From an uncultured Gammaproteobacteria bacterium (lineage in GTDB: Bacteria > Patescibacteriota > Microgenomatia > Woykebacterales > RBG-16-39-9b), in contig CAYHXX010000001.1 in the NCBI GenBank assembly GCA_964360785.1, forward strand, positions 346,907 to 410,906: a stretch of 64,000 nucleotides of DNA, in the 5' to 3' direction. Below, piece by piece: positions 18,914 through 27,819 of this stretch. The position numbers were made by a program, and so were the translations under genes. Below the pieces are notes generated by a model that did no database searches, was not told the origin of the DNA, and saw only the letters and a list, made by a program, of their open reading frames with translations. Numbering within the stretch: position 1 is the stretch's first letter; the number at the start of each line of letters is the position of its first letter.

Positions 18914-20068
18914 TTGGTATTGTTTACCAGATTATTGAAGTTTATGAAAATACTTTCCTCAAAATTTGAAATATCTGTTATCGCTTTTTTGTTCTTTCTT
19001 TTTCTTGTCCCTACCGTAATTGCAGCTCAAGAAAATCAACAAACTCCCCCAAAGGAGGAGAGACTTGAAGCAGTTGTTACAAAAATACAAGAAGAGAAAG
19101 AAGTTGAAGCAGAAGGCACTGACAAGAAAACCCTTTATCAGAAGCTAGAAGTGCTAGTAGTAAGTGAGGAACGAAAAGGGGAAACCCTTGTGATCGAAAA
19201 CAATATGCCAGTTGTAAATGCTCAAAGGTATAAGGTTGGTGATAAAGTAGTCATCGCTGCCAACCAAACTGTGGATGGGAAAGAGTTGTTGTATATAAAT
19301 GATTATGTTAGAAGAACACCACTCTACTTTCTGTTTGCAATCTTCGCTGGGCTAACAGTTTTGATTGGTAGAAAAAGAGGACTTGCTTCGCTGATTGGAA
19401 TGGGACTGTCTTTCTTTGTCATTTTTACCTTTGTTCTCCCGCAAATTCTCTCTGGAAAAGACCCGATTTTTATCGCCATAGTTGCCTCTTTATTTATCAT
19501 TCCAACCAATTTTTACCTTGCTCACGGAGCAAATAGAAAAACAACCGCGGCAGTTATTGGAACGATAATAGCGCTGGTAATTACCGGAATACTAGCCAAT
19601 GTATTTGTTGACGCCGCCAGACTTACCGGTTTTGCTTCTGAAGAGGCGGCATTTCTTCAACAAGCCAAGCCTGATCTGATCAATATACGAGGACTTCTCC
19701 TCGCGGGTATTATCATTGGCGTTCTCGGAATCCTTGATGATATTACGATTTCTCAAGCTGCAATAGTCGCTCAGCTTAAGAAAGCTTCACCTAAAATTCC
19801 TTTTTGGGAACTGTTTAATCGCTCGATGGATATCGGCCGAGACCACATTGCTTCAATGGTAAATACGCTTATCCTTGTCTATACTGGAGCAGCGATGCCA
19901 CTGCTTCTGCTATTTTCCAACAACCCTCACCCTTTTTCTGAACTGATTAACTATGAGATCGTCGCCGAGGAGTTTGTCAGAACTTTAGTTGCAAGTATTG
20001 GTCTGATACTAGCAGTACCAATCACAACTTTTATCACAACAGTTTTGTTTGATAAAAAGGCAGGCTGA
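18914..20068 (+). CDS. YibE/F-family membrane protein
   Basis: N-terminal signal/TM, soluble segment, then about 7 TM helices with YibE/F-like organisation. Confidence 0.5.
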   Translation: MVLFTRLLKFMKILSSKFEISVIAFLFFLFLVPTVIAAQENQQTPPKEERLEAVVTKIQEEKEVEAEGTDKKTLYQKLEVLVVSEERKGETLVIENNMPVVNAQRYKVGDKVVIAANQTVDGKELLYINDYVRRTPLYFLFAIFAGLTVLIGRKRGLASLIGMGLSFFVIFTFVLPQILSGKDPIFIAIVASLFIIPTNFYLAHGANRKTTAAVIGTIIALVITGILANVFVDAARLTGFASEEAAFLQQAKPDLINIRGLLLAGIIIGVLGILDDITISQAAIVAQLKKASPKIPFWELFNRSMDIGRDHIASMVNTLILVYTGAAMPLLLLFSNNPHPFSELINYEIVAEEFVRTLVASIGLILAVPITTFITTVLFDKKAG

Positions 20069-20091
20069 TCCCTAAAGGCAGGAGTTGGCTA

Positions 20092-21216
20092 ATGATAATA
20101 AAGACATCTCGAGGAAAAAAGGTCCTAATAATCCTTTCAGTAAGCATAACCTTACTTTTGGTTATGGTCGCTCTCTTTAAGTTTTTTCTATTGCTGCCAA
20201 AAACTAAACTAACCACTCTTACACCCACTGCAAGTACTTCCTCGAAACTTATTCCAAAACAAGAACCAGTTGTACCAAAACTAAGTCTAGAAAGCATCTT
20301 CGCAACAGAGTCAGCAGATTTAACTGGGCTATCTGAGGGAAAGATACTCAAACTGATTGCTACCGGTGACGTCATACCTGCCCGCGGGGCCAATTGGCCA
20401 GGGGTCAAATCAGGTAATTTCAAAATCAACTGGGAGAAAACCGCCGACTATTTAAAAAGTGGGGATTTGACCCTCATTAACCTAGAAACCTCACTTTTCG
20501 CTGGTTGTCCCCTGCAAACCTCAGGATTTTCTTTCTGTGGAGATGCCCGACAAATCGAGGGAATAGTTTGGTCTGGAGTGGACGTGGCAAGCCTCGCCAA
20601 CAACCACATTGGTAATTACGGCTCTGCTGGAATCAATAAGACTATCAAATTACTGACTGACAATGCTGTTGAGTACTCCGGTTTTGACCACCTCGGGATC
20701 AAGGAAGTAAAGGGGGTCAAATTCGGATTTCTTGCTTACAATGGGGTAGGAACAAGTTTCAACCGGTCCGCAGTGGCAACCGAAGTCGCCCAAGCCAAAA
20801 AGAAAGTCGATATTCTCGTTGTTTCGATCCACTGGGGAGCGGAATACGAAGCTTTGCCAAAATCTGCTAGCAATGTTGCGCCTGATGATCCTAAGGAGAT
20901 TGCAAAAATCGTGATTGATGCGGGTGCAGATTTGATAATTGGCAATCACCCACATTGGGTGCAGGGCGTCCAGTTATTGGATGAGGGTTTTGTAACCTAT
21001 GCTCACGGGAACTTCATCTTTGACCAAACTTGGTCTGAGGAAACGAAAGAGGGTGTGGTTGGAGAATATACGTTTTATGACAAAAAACTAATAATGGTTC
21101 GCCTCAAACCAACCAAGTACGACAACCAATACCAACCAAGATTTTTAGATCCTTCTGGAGAAGGCGCACCAATCCTCAAACGCATGCAGGAATCTTCAGA
21201 AGAGCTTGCAAAGTAA
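20092..21216 (+). CDS. CapA/PgsA-family metallophosphatase (poly-gamma-glutamate capsule synthesis-like)
   Basis: N-terminal TM. ATGDVIPARG and GNHPHWVQG motifs of the CapA family. Confidence 0.7.
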   Translation: MIIKTSRGKKVLIILSVSITLLLVMVALFKFFLLLPKTKLTTLTPTASTSSKLIPKQEPVVPKLSLESIFATESADLTGLSEGKILKLIATGDVIPARGANWPGVKSGNFKINWEKTADYLKSGDLTLINLETSLFAGCPLQTSGFSFCGDARQIEGIVWSGVDVASLANNHIGNYGSAGINKTIKLLTDNAVEYSGFDHLGIKEVKGVKFGFLAYNGVGTSFNRSAVATEVAQAKKKVDILVVSIHWGAEYEALPKSASNVAPDDPKEIAKIVIDAGADLIIGNHPHWVQGVQLLDEGFVTYAHGNFIFDQTWSEETKEGVVGEYTFYDKKLIMVRLKPTKYDNQYQPRFLDPSGEGAPILKRMQESSEELAK

Positions 21217-21236
21217 CCATATATATTAAGGAAGAA

Positions 21237-22136
21237 TTATTTACAGTAGTCGCTGGTTTTACCGGCAGTACCATCTGCCGCCGGTAAACTTTTGACCTTA
21301 GCGGCATCGACACTTGGCAGAAGGTCAAACCAACACAAGGCGCGCTGAGCCAAAAGTGGATCATGGGCAGGATTGGCGGACCATGTAGCATCTTGTGAAG
21401 CCTGATTTTTGGTTTTGAGGTCGTAAACACCAAAGTCAAAGAATACATTCAATCCGCCTTTTGTTACACCAACAGCAATGGCGATTGTTTCTCCCGCAGT
21501 AACAGAAACCTGGGGATTAATATTTGTTGTCTTGGAATCGCCTTCCATCGCGGCCGGGAAGGTGTCGGCAATTTTCTGGTACTTGGGGTCAAGAACAAGC
21601 AGATGGCCAAGCCGGTACATGATTCCACAAGGTGCGATGAAATCAAATGTATATTGAATCTCCCCACCGACTAAATAACGGCTTCCGTTCACTATGACTG
21701 CGTCCATTGGAGCAGTGACAGTCACGGTGCTACTCTTGGCATTGTCAAAGCGAAAACCACCGTGCGGTTTATAATTCCCTCCCCTCTCTTGCCCAGGATA
21801 GAGGATTGAGGTGACATTGGTAAGATCAGTTGGAGTCTTCAACACTGGGCTTGGACAGGCTGGCAACGTACCACTGGCTTGCCAACCGTTTTCTATCGGC
21901 ATCCAAGTTACTTGTTCTGTCTGAGAAGAGGTTTTAGCCGAAGAAGAGGCTGTCGGCGAAGTTGTTGTTTTGTTTGTCAAACCGTTTTTTGTTGCCTCCT
22001 GACCATTAACAAAATACCAGATTCCCGCGACGGCAATAATAGTACCAATCAAGATCAAACCAACTGCTGCAAAAACTTTGTGTGTGTAAATATTTGGGTT
22101 TTTGGCCAAAGGATTAGGAACAGGTTTATCGAGCAT
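21237..22136 (-). CDS. N-terminally anchored secreted protein, paralog A of MLDxPVPNPLAKNPN family
   Basis: First about 45 aa are near-identical to 23788..24510 (MLD[KQ]PVPNPLAKNPN..THKV.AAVGL.LIGTI..VAGIWYFV). Divergent C-terminal globular domain. Confidence 0.5.
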   Translation of the reverse strand: MLDKPVPNPLAKNPNIYTHKVFAAVGLILIGTIIAVAGIWYFVNGQEATKNGLTNKTTTSPTASSSAKTSSQTEQVTWMPIENGWQASGTLPACPSPVLKTPTDLTNVTSILYPGQERGGNYKPHGGFRFDNAKSSTVTVTAPMDAVIVNGSRYLVGGEIQYTFDFIAPCGIMYRLGHLLVLDPKYQKIADTFPAAMEGDSKTTNINPQVSVTAGETIAIAVGVTKGGLNVFFDFGVYDLKTKNQASQDATWSANPAHDPLLAQRALCWFDLLPSVDAAKVKSLPAADGTAGKTSDYCK

Positions 22137-22143
22137 TGAATTA

Positions 22144-22172
22144 ATTATGAAGGTTTACTGAAATCTTGTCAA
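22144..22172 (-). promoter_or_regulatory. Promoter TTGACA-17-CATAAT placed 7 nt before ATG (leaderless) for paralog A
   Basis: Minus-strand TTGACA (22167-22172) and CATAAT (22144-22149). Identical architecture to the 24518..24546 promoter. Confidence 0.45.
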
Positions 22173-22177
22173 AATAG

Positions 22178-23266
22178 CTAATTTTTACTTCCAACCGCTT
22201 GACTGATACTCACAAAACCATCCTTCTTTAACAGTTCCACCAACCCGCTGTTAATATTCTTTATCGTCATTGGTCCACCATAAATTAAACCAGTTGCCAG
22301 CTCAATCAAAGAAGCACCCAAACAGATTTTTTCGTAAGCATCTGTGGCGGTAAAAACGCCACCCAAGCCGATGATTGGATACTTACCCGCAGTCTTTTGG
22401 TAAACTTTTCTGATCATTTGATTCGAAAGTTCCTTCAACGGTCGCCCCGACAACCCGCCAGGAAGATGAGCAAGTTCCGAAGTTTTAATATGTTTCAGTC
22501 CACTTCGATTTTTAGTTAAATTAGAAATGATAAACCCTTTAATAAAGTGGTACTTCATTACTGTTTCTAAAACTTGATATAAACTTTCATCACTCAAATC
22601 GGGCTTTAATTTTAAAACTACTGGTTTAGTGACTTTATTTTTGTTAATTATTTTTAGCAACTGATTGAGCATTTCTGGGTTTTCACAAAACATTTGTCCA
22701 TCGCCGGTATTCGGACAGCTGATGTTGATGTTGACAATGTCTGCCAAAGGTTGAAGCTTAACAAATGACTTCTTGTAGTCTTTAACAGAATCTTCCCCCT
22801 TAATAGTTGGATCATTTGTTTTTGCGATGTTTATAACTAACGGTACAAAGCGTTTTTGAGAAGCGATTCGTTTTTTGAGAACAGTCGCACCCTCGTTTTT
22901 TAAACCGTAATTGACTATCAAGGCCCCCTCTTTTATCAAACGGGTGTTCCAAGGCCGTCTATTACCCTGATAAGGTTTAGCAGTTATTGAACCCACTTCT
23001 GTAAACCCAAATCCAACTGAGGGAAGTATTTGAATCAATCTACAACCTTTATCAAAACCGCCGGCAATGCCAATGGGGTTTTTAAATTTTACGCCAAAAA
23101 CTTCAGTTTCTAGGGAGGGGTGTTCAAAATGACAAAACTTATCAACTAGAGTTCTTCCCAATTCGCTCTTACCAAGTGTCATCCCAATACTACTGACCAG
23201 TTCGTGAGCAATATCAGGATGCATTTTAAACAAAACTGGCTTTGCAAACCTTTGATAATAGTCCAT
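22178..23266 (-). CDS. pyrD: Dihydroorotate dehydrogenase (quinone-type, class 2)
   Basis: GFDKG and NISCPNT active-site region. N-terminal membrane-association segment. Confidence 0.8.
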   Translation of the reverse strand: MDYYQRFAKPVLFKMHPDIAHELVSSIGMTLGKSELGRTLVDKFCHFEHPSLETEVFGVKFKNPIGIAGGFDKGCRLIQILPSVGFGFTEVGSITAKPYQGNRRPWNTRLIKEGALIVNYGLKNEGATVLKKRIASQKRFVPLVINIAKTNDPTIKGEDSVKDYKKSFVKLQPLADIVNINISCPNTGDGQMFCENPEMLNQLLKIINKNKVTKPVVLKLKPDLSDESLYQVLETVMKYHFIKGFIISNLTKNRSGLKHIKTSELAHLPGGLSGRPLKELSNQMIRKVYQKTAGKYPIIGLGGVFTATDAYEKICLGASLIELATGLIYGGPMTIKNINSGLVELLKKDGFVSISQAVGSKN

Positions 23267-23323
23267 TAGCCCTAATTCCCGCCTACTTTAGATTGGTAAA
23301 GTTTATTTTCGTAATAAAGAAGA

Positions 23324-23614
23324 TTAATCATTGATAAATAAACCATGAAGCAAGATAAAAAGAACAGTACATACACCTATAAATATGGAAAGATAAACCA
23401 AAACGGAGCGATCTTTGTTTTTGCTTACTGCTATTATTCCAGTGATTAAAGCGATAATGCTTGCCGGAAATGAGATAGCTACTGTCACATCCCACCAGGA
23501 ATCGTCAAATTTAAGTATTTTAAGTATCAAAACAAGTACACAAGAAGTGGTAACTGCAAGCAGGAAAAAAGCGCTCAACCCTACAGACCATTTACCTAAG
23601 GTAGTTTTTGGCAT
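23324..23614 (-). CDS. Small membrane protein (3 TM), hypothetical
   Basis: 96 aa, almost entirely hydrophobic helices. Confidence 0.4.
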   Translation of the reverse strand: MPKTTLGKWSVGLSAFFLLAVTTSCVLVLILKILKFDDSWWDVTVAISFPASIIALITGIIAVSKNKDRSVLVYLSIFIGVCTVLFILLHGLFIND

Positions 23615-23787
23615 CTAAAATCACCACCTTTCGAAGCTACTTTACGCCTGCAGGAGTCTTAAAGTCAATATCTAAGATAAATAAGAGAAGTTTGTAGAGT
23701 AAACTCACAAAGATAAACCAGACCAACAAAAAACTAGCCTATAAGCTAGCTGCTGTACCAAACAAAACAATTTACTGACAAAAAGAA

Positions 23788-24510
23788 TTAGTTATTACCC
23801 CCACTCCCAGAATTACTCTCGACTTCTGTCTCGGTTTTGCCGTCATTATCGTCGTCCTGGTCTTCTTTATCTGCTACCCCATCCTTATCCTTATCATCCT
23901 CAAAGGTTTGAACTGAGTTTGAATCCGCGCTGTCCTTATCGTCCTTGTCCTCAACCCCATCGTTATCTCTATCCTCGTCATCTTTGTCAGAATCATCCTT
24001 GATACTGTCGTTATCATCATCGTCATCTATTTTATCGGAAATATTGTCGTTGTCATGGTCAAGCTCGTGGCTATCAGCAGTATCCACAAGACCATCCTCA
24101 TCGTCATCCAGATCGTCCATGTCTCCCAAACCATCGTTGTCGTGATCAAACAAAGCTTGGTCCCCACTTTTATCCTCCAAACCATCCTCATCGTCATCAC
24201 TATCCTGGTCATCGTCTAGGCTGTCGTTATCGTGGTCCTTTGGTTTAGCGTCATTAACATCAAGTACTCCATCGTTGTCGTCATCTTTATCCACGGAATC
24301 TTTGATCCCGTCATTATCATTATCAAAAGCCGAAAGTACCTTTACTTGATTTGAAGTGCCCTCAGTTCCAGAATTATCCCCAACGAAATACCAGATACCA
24401 GCAACAATGGCGATTGTACCAATTAGAACTAATCCAACAGCGGCAACTACTTTGTGAGTAAAGAAATTAGGATTTTTAGCCAAAGGATTTGGAACAGGCT
24501 GATCGAGCAT
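23788..24510 (-). CDS. N-terminally anchored highly acidic Asp-rich repeat protein (TSP3/calcium-binding-like), paralog B
   Basis: Same N-terminus as 21237..22136. C-terminus is iterated DxDxDGxxDxxD-like repeats (DNDGIKDSVDKDDDNDGVLDVNDAK...). Confidence 0.55.
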   Translation of the reverse strand: MLDQPVPNPLAKNPNFFTHKVVAAVGLVLIGTIAIVAGIWYFVGDNSGTEGTSNQVKVLSAFDNDNDGIKDSVDKDDDNDGVLDVNDAKPKDHDNDSLDDDQDSDDDEDGLEDKSGDQALFDHDNDGLGDMDDLDDDEDGLVDTADSHELDHDNDNISDKIDDDDDNDSIKDDSDKDDEDRDNDGVEDKDDKDSADSNSVQTFEDDKDKDGVADKEDQDDDNDGKTETEVESNSGSGGNN

Positions 24511-24517
24511 TGAAGTA

Positions 24518-24546
24518 ATTATGAGGGTTTATTCTAGTTTTGTCAA
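24518..24546 (-). promoter_or_regulatory. Promoter TTGACA-17-CATAAT placed 7 nt before ATG (leaderless) for paralog B
   Basis: Minus-strand TTGACA (24541-24546) and CATAAT (24518-24523). The upstream 40 nt is conserved with the paralog A upstream region. Confidence 0.45.
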
Positions 24547-24715
24547 AACATGATGTTTCTTATTGATATATCAGTCAAAATGGTGACCATAACTTCTCTG
24601 CAACTAAACACTTTGGTTCAGGTTCTGAAGAAATGGAAATACTTAGATCTTCTACTTCCACTTGAAGCTAATAATCAGTTTGGTAATAACGACCTCCATT
24701 TATTAGAATCTTGAA

Positions 24716-25630
24716 TTGACCACGCTGAAAATATATTGGATAATAATTATAATGTCCGATACTTTACCAGATCAACCGACTCCTTTAGTAAATCCACAAA
24801 CCGTTCCAAATACGAACTCATCTGTTGTTGAAAACACATCAGGAACAGATACTAACGCACCCCTCCCTCTTGGCGTAGCTGGGTGGGGCTGGGGACCCTT
24901 CTTTTTAACTGTCTGGTGGGGAATATTCAATAATGTATGGATCAGCCTAATCACATTTATACCCTTGATTGGAAGTATTATGCCTGTTGTTCTTGGTATA
25001 AAGGGTCGAGAATTGGCTTGGAAAGCGAAGAGGTGGAAAGATGTTGACGATTTTAACAGAGTACAGCGTATTTGGAGTGTAACAGGACTTGCCTTTTTCA
25101 TTGTTGGGATAATAATAAACATCGTGCTTGCAATTATTTTCCTACCAATGGCTTTTAATTTTTATTTTGGTTACACAACAAATATTAATGCCGCTAGTAA
25201 AGCTTACTCAAATAAGCAGTATGATTTGCAGTTGGAAAAAGCAACATTGTCATTAGAGTTTGCCAGAAACAATCAGACTAAGTCCGTCAGTTATTATTGG
25301 AAAGGCCTTGCAGAATACAAACTTGGAGATATTGAATCTGCAGAAAAAGACGAGAAATTAGCCTTAAGTTTAAATCCATATTCCTCCGGACCTTATGTTA
25401 CTCTTTCGGCAATAGAAGGAGACAAGGGTAATCACCAACAAGCTTTGAATCTGGGTAAAAAATGTGTAGAAATAGATCCTAATTGGGGTTGGTGTCACAA
25501 TGCAGTGGGGGTATCATTGATTCAATTGGGCAGTAAAGAAGAAGGTATACAAGAATTAGAAAAGGCAGTTTCGCTAGATCCTAATAACCCTGTCTTTGCG
25601 GAAAATCTGACGTTGGCAAAATCCAACTAA
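24716..25630 (+). CDS. Membrane-anchored TPR-repeat protein
   Basis: Two TM segments then TPR-like repeats (YYWKGLAEYKLGDIESAEKD..., ALNLGKKCVEIDPNWGW...). Confidence 0.55.
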   Translation: MTTLKIYWIIIIMSDTLPDQPTPLVNPQTVPNTNSSVVENTSGTDTNAPLPLGVAGWGWGPFFLTVWWGIFNNVWISLITFIPLIGSIMPVVLGIKGRELAWKAKRWKDVDDFNRVQRIWSVTGLAFFIVGIIINIVLAIIFLPMAFNFYFGYTTNINAASKAYSNKQYDLQLEKATLSLEFARNNQTKSVSYYWKGLAEYKLGDIESAEKDEKLALSLNPYSSGPYVTLSAIEGDKGNHQQALNLGKKCVEIDPNWGWCHNAVGVSLIQLGSKEEGIQELEKAVSLDPNNPVFAENLTLAKSN

Positions 25631-25707
25631 TAAGTTTGGAAACAACTACCTCAGCTTATTAAAGCATAATATTGACACGATTTTCTCCCTAAAGGATAAT
25701 TAACTTA

Positions 25708-26241
25708 ATGCCTGAAGAAAATATTCAACAACCGATTCCCCAACAAATACCTCAACCAATAATGCAACCCCAACCAGTCGCCACTTCACACTCTAAAGTC
25801 GGTTATATTTTTGGTGGTTTGTCTTTCATACCGCTTTTTGGAGTTTTATTCGGAATAATCGCAATTATTATTGGTATATTCACAAAATCAAAACTCTCCA
25901 TTTTCTTGGGAGTAGGAGGCATATTATTTTCAGTAATTCTATATGGAAGCCTTTTCTATTTTGGCTTTGTGGCAAAATCTGGCCCTTTTGCTGATATTAA
26001 AGTACAACTAACACAACAAATCATTAATCAGGATAAAGCGCAAATACTTGCCTATAAAACTAATAACGGAAAGTTGCCAGATAGCTTAAGTAATTTACCA
26101 AGAGAATATATGATTAATCCAAGCGATGCTTGGTTAAAACCAATTAATTACAAAGTTAATGGGGATGGAACTTTTGAATTGAGAAGTGATGGACCAGATG
26201 GAATACCAAATAATAGTGACGATATTCTTCCTAATAACTAG
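25708..26241 (+). CDS. Membrane protein with C-terminal type II secretion GspG/pseudopilin-like domain
   Basis: Gln/Pro-rich N-terminus, two TM helices, then ILAYKTNNGKLPDSLSNL...YKVNGDGTFELRSDGPDGIPNNSDDI resembling the T2SS_G domain. No prepilin leader. Confidence 0.4.
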   Translation: MPEENIQQPIPQQIPQPIMQPQPVATSHSKVGYIFGGLSFIPLFGVLFGIIAIIIGIFTKSKLSIFLGVGGILFSVILYGSLFYFGFVAKSGPFADIKVQLTQQIINQDKAQILAYKTNNGKLPDSLSNLPREYMINPSDAWLKPINYKVNGDGTFELRSDGPDGIPNNSDDILPNN

Positions 26242-26384
26242 ATAATATTTCCTGTTACAACAACCTAATATAGGAACTGGTGACCCCGGCGGGAGACAGT
26301 CCGATCCGATCGGACTAATCATTAAGAAATGAGCGAACCCAAGTGGGTTCAAACCAATGGCCAGAGATCATAAAAACAAAAAGA

Positions 26385-26414
26385 CAGGCAAAGATTGCCT
26401 GCTTTCTGTTTTGG
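26385..26414. terminator. Bidirectional intrinsic terminator
   Basis: Stem CAGGCAA/TTGCCTG with loop AGA, flanked by an A-run upstream and CTTTCTGTTTT downstream. Downstream of the XRE gene on the minus strand. Confidence 0.5.
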
Positions 26415-26499
26415 TGACCCGAACAGTACACAGTTCGAACCGGTCGTGGCTTTCTGGGACAGGATTATACAGTCTTACTGTGAAACTTCAGATCAGGAA

Positions 26500-26727
26500 C
26501 TATAAAAGTTTTGTCTTTAACACCTCTGCAATTTTGCGCAGTTTATCGTACGATGTATTTATTTCCCCACGCTCAATTCTGGCATAGTATGTGACATCCA
26601 TTCCGGATTTTTCGGCTACCTCCGCCTGAGTTAAACCAGACTTTTCTCTGGCGTCTTTTAGTTTATTGCTTAAATCTTTAGTTATTTTGTCGTTTTGATC
26701 GCTATTCATATGTGTATAGTATAACAC
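26500..26727 (-). CDS. XRE-family helix-turn-helix transcriptional regulator
   Basis: GLTQAEVAEKSGMDVTYYARIERGE is a canonical HTH_XRE. 75 aa. Confidence 0.75.
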   Translation of the reverse strand: MLYYTHMNSDQNDKITKDLSNKLKDAREKSGLTQAEVAEKSGMDVTYYARIERGEINTSYDKLRKIAEVLKTKLL

Positions 26728-26812
26728 TTAAGGAAAAAAGTGACTTATTCTTATTTTTATTTTTATAACTCATTTCACTAAAATTCGTAAACCGTTTTGA
26801 ATTAAATAGCCC

Positions 26813-26842
26813 TTGACTTTTGACTATAGGTTTATGTATACT
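26813..26842 (+). promoter_or_regulatory. Promoter TTGACT-18-TATACT with tandem TTGAC motif upstream of the 230-aa cargo gene
   Basis: TTGACT 26813-26818 and TATACT 26837-26842. RBS AAGGAG 26874-26879. Divergent from the XRE gene. Confidence 0.45.
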
Positions 26843-26884
26843 TTGCCTCAATAAATACTGACCCATCAAGCCAAAGGAGCTGCC

Positions 26885-27577
26885 ATGCAAAGGATTCGCT
26901 TGTACTGCGAAGGTATCAAGCCCGTAATGTTCGACCCAGCGTCTGAAGCATTCTTGGACAAACTGGGTACTCGTGTTCGACAACAACCAAGAACTGATAT
27001 CAATGTCGAAGAAGAGGCCAGAAGCAGAGTTCTCGTTACTGAAAGAGATTACCTGTATTTCCCGCTGGGCTACCTCTTCTCGTGCTTGGTTGAAGCGGGA
27101 AGGTTCGTCAAATACGAAGGGAAGATGAGCCTGTCAACTGCCGATTCTACTCGTCTCACCATGATCCTCACTCTCGAAGGCGAACAGGTAATTCTGGGGT
27201 TACGGGATGGTAATGGCACTTTCCAGCCACTATCCCCCGATGAATGGACCGTGGATAAGCGACGTGGGGTGAACAAAGTCACCAAAGCCCCTGTTCGTAT
27301 CATTCGTCCCAAGATTGCTCGTTGGGGTTTCGAGGTGGAAGCGGTTTTCGATAACGATCGATTCGCTCTCAGTAAACTGATCGAGCTCTTTCGGGTGGCA
27401 GGTTTGGGGATTGGAATCGGAAGCTTCCGGGCAGAAAATAAAGGCGAGTTCGGAATGTTCGAACTCAAGGAAGTAAAGATCCTCGAGGAATGGAAGCCAG
27501 AGGAGACGGTGAAGGTCGTCAGCTTGGTCGAGACCAAACCGACTACGAAACGATCAAGGTCAAAGGCTAAGCAATGA
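26885..27577 (+). CDS. Hypothetical 230-aa protein with C-terminal glycine-rich loop (RAMP-like?), GC-rich cargo gene
   Basis: Strong RBS and promoter. GC-rich with coherent codon usage. GLGIGIGSFRAENKGEFG glycine-rich loop. No catalytic motif recognised. Confidence 0.5.
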   Translation: MQRIRLYCEGIKPVMFDPASEAFLDKLGTRVRQQPRTDINVEEEARSRVLVTERDYLYFPLGYLFSCLVEAGRFVKYEGKMSLSTADSTRLTMILTLEGEQVILGLRDGNGTFQPLSPDEWTVDKRRGVNKVTKAPVRIIRPKIARWGFEVEAVFDNDRFALSKLIELFRVAGLGIGIGSFRAENKGEFGMFELKEVKILEEWKPEETVKVVSLVETKPTTKRSRSKAKQ

Positions 27578-27707
27578 CGACAACATGAGCAAGGATGCTC
27601 ATACTGAAGGCAGACCCAGATTGGGAGCTGTGACTCTGCACTGCACTCCTGTGCTTTGCTTTGTTCTCTCTAGCTATCCATTCTGTTGCAGTCTGTAGCA
27701 CAGGGCT

Positions 27708-27760
27708 GGGGGTTCTTCGACTTCGGTTGTCGAACCCCTGCCATCTTTTTTATACTTTTT
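27708..27760 (+). terminator. Intrinsic terminator after the 230-aa gene
   Basis: GGGGGTTCTTCGAC / GTCGAACCCC stem with loop TTCGGTT, then TGCCATCTTTTTT. Confidence 0.4.
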
Positions 27761-27819
27761 CCTACTGTTCAATTTTGTAATCAGCACTTTTCAGCTGAAA
27801 TAGTTCAAGGAGAAGGATC

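Noticed and set aside
23945-24212. Ser/Leu-rich and Met/Trp-rich ORFs inside the acidic repeat gene
   Set aside because: They are alternative-frame and antisense readings of the GAT-rich repeats. The Asp-rich frame is the one contiguous with the conserved N-terminal anchor and promoter.
23880-24300. Short nucleotide repeats that might suggest a CRISPR-like array
   Set aside because: The repeats are codon-level (GAT/GAC-rich), in frame within a CDS, and irregular in spacing, with no repeat-spacer architecture. No CRISPR array is present anywhere in the window.
26357-26986. ORFs 26357..26587 (+) and 26702..26986 (-)
   Set aside because: They overlap the XRE gene or the divergent promoter region and the start of the 230-aa gene. 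They have no RBS or motif and are probably spurious.
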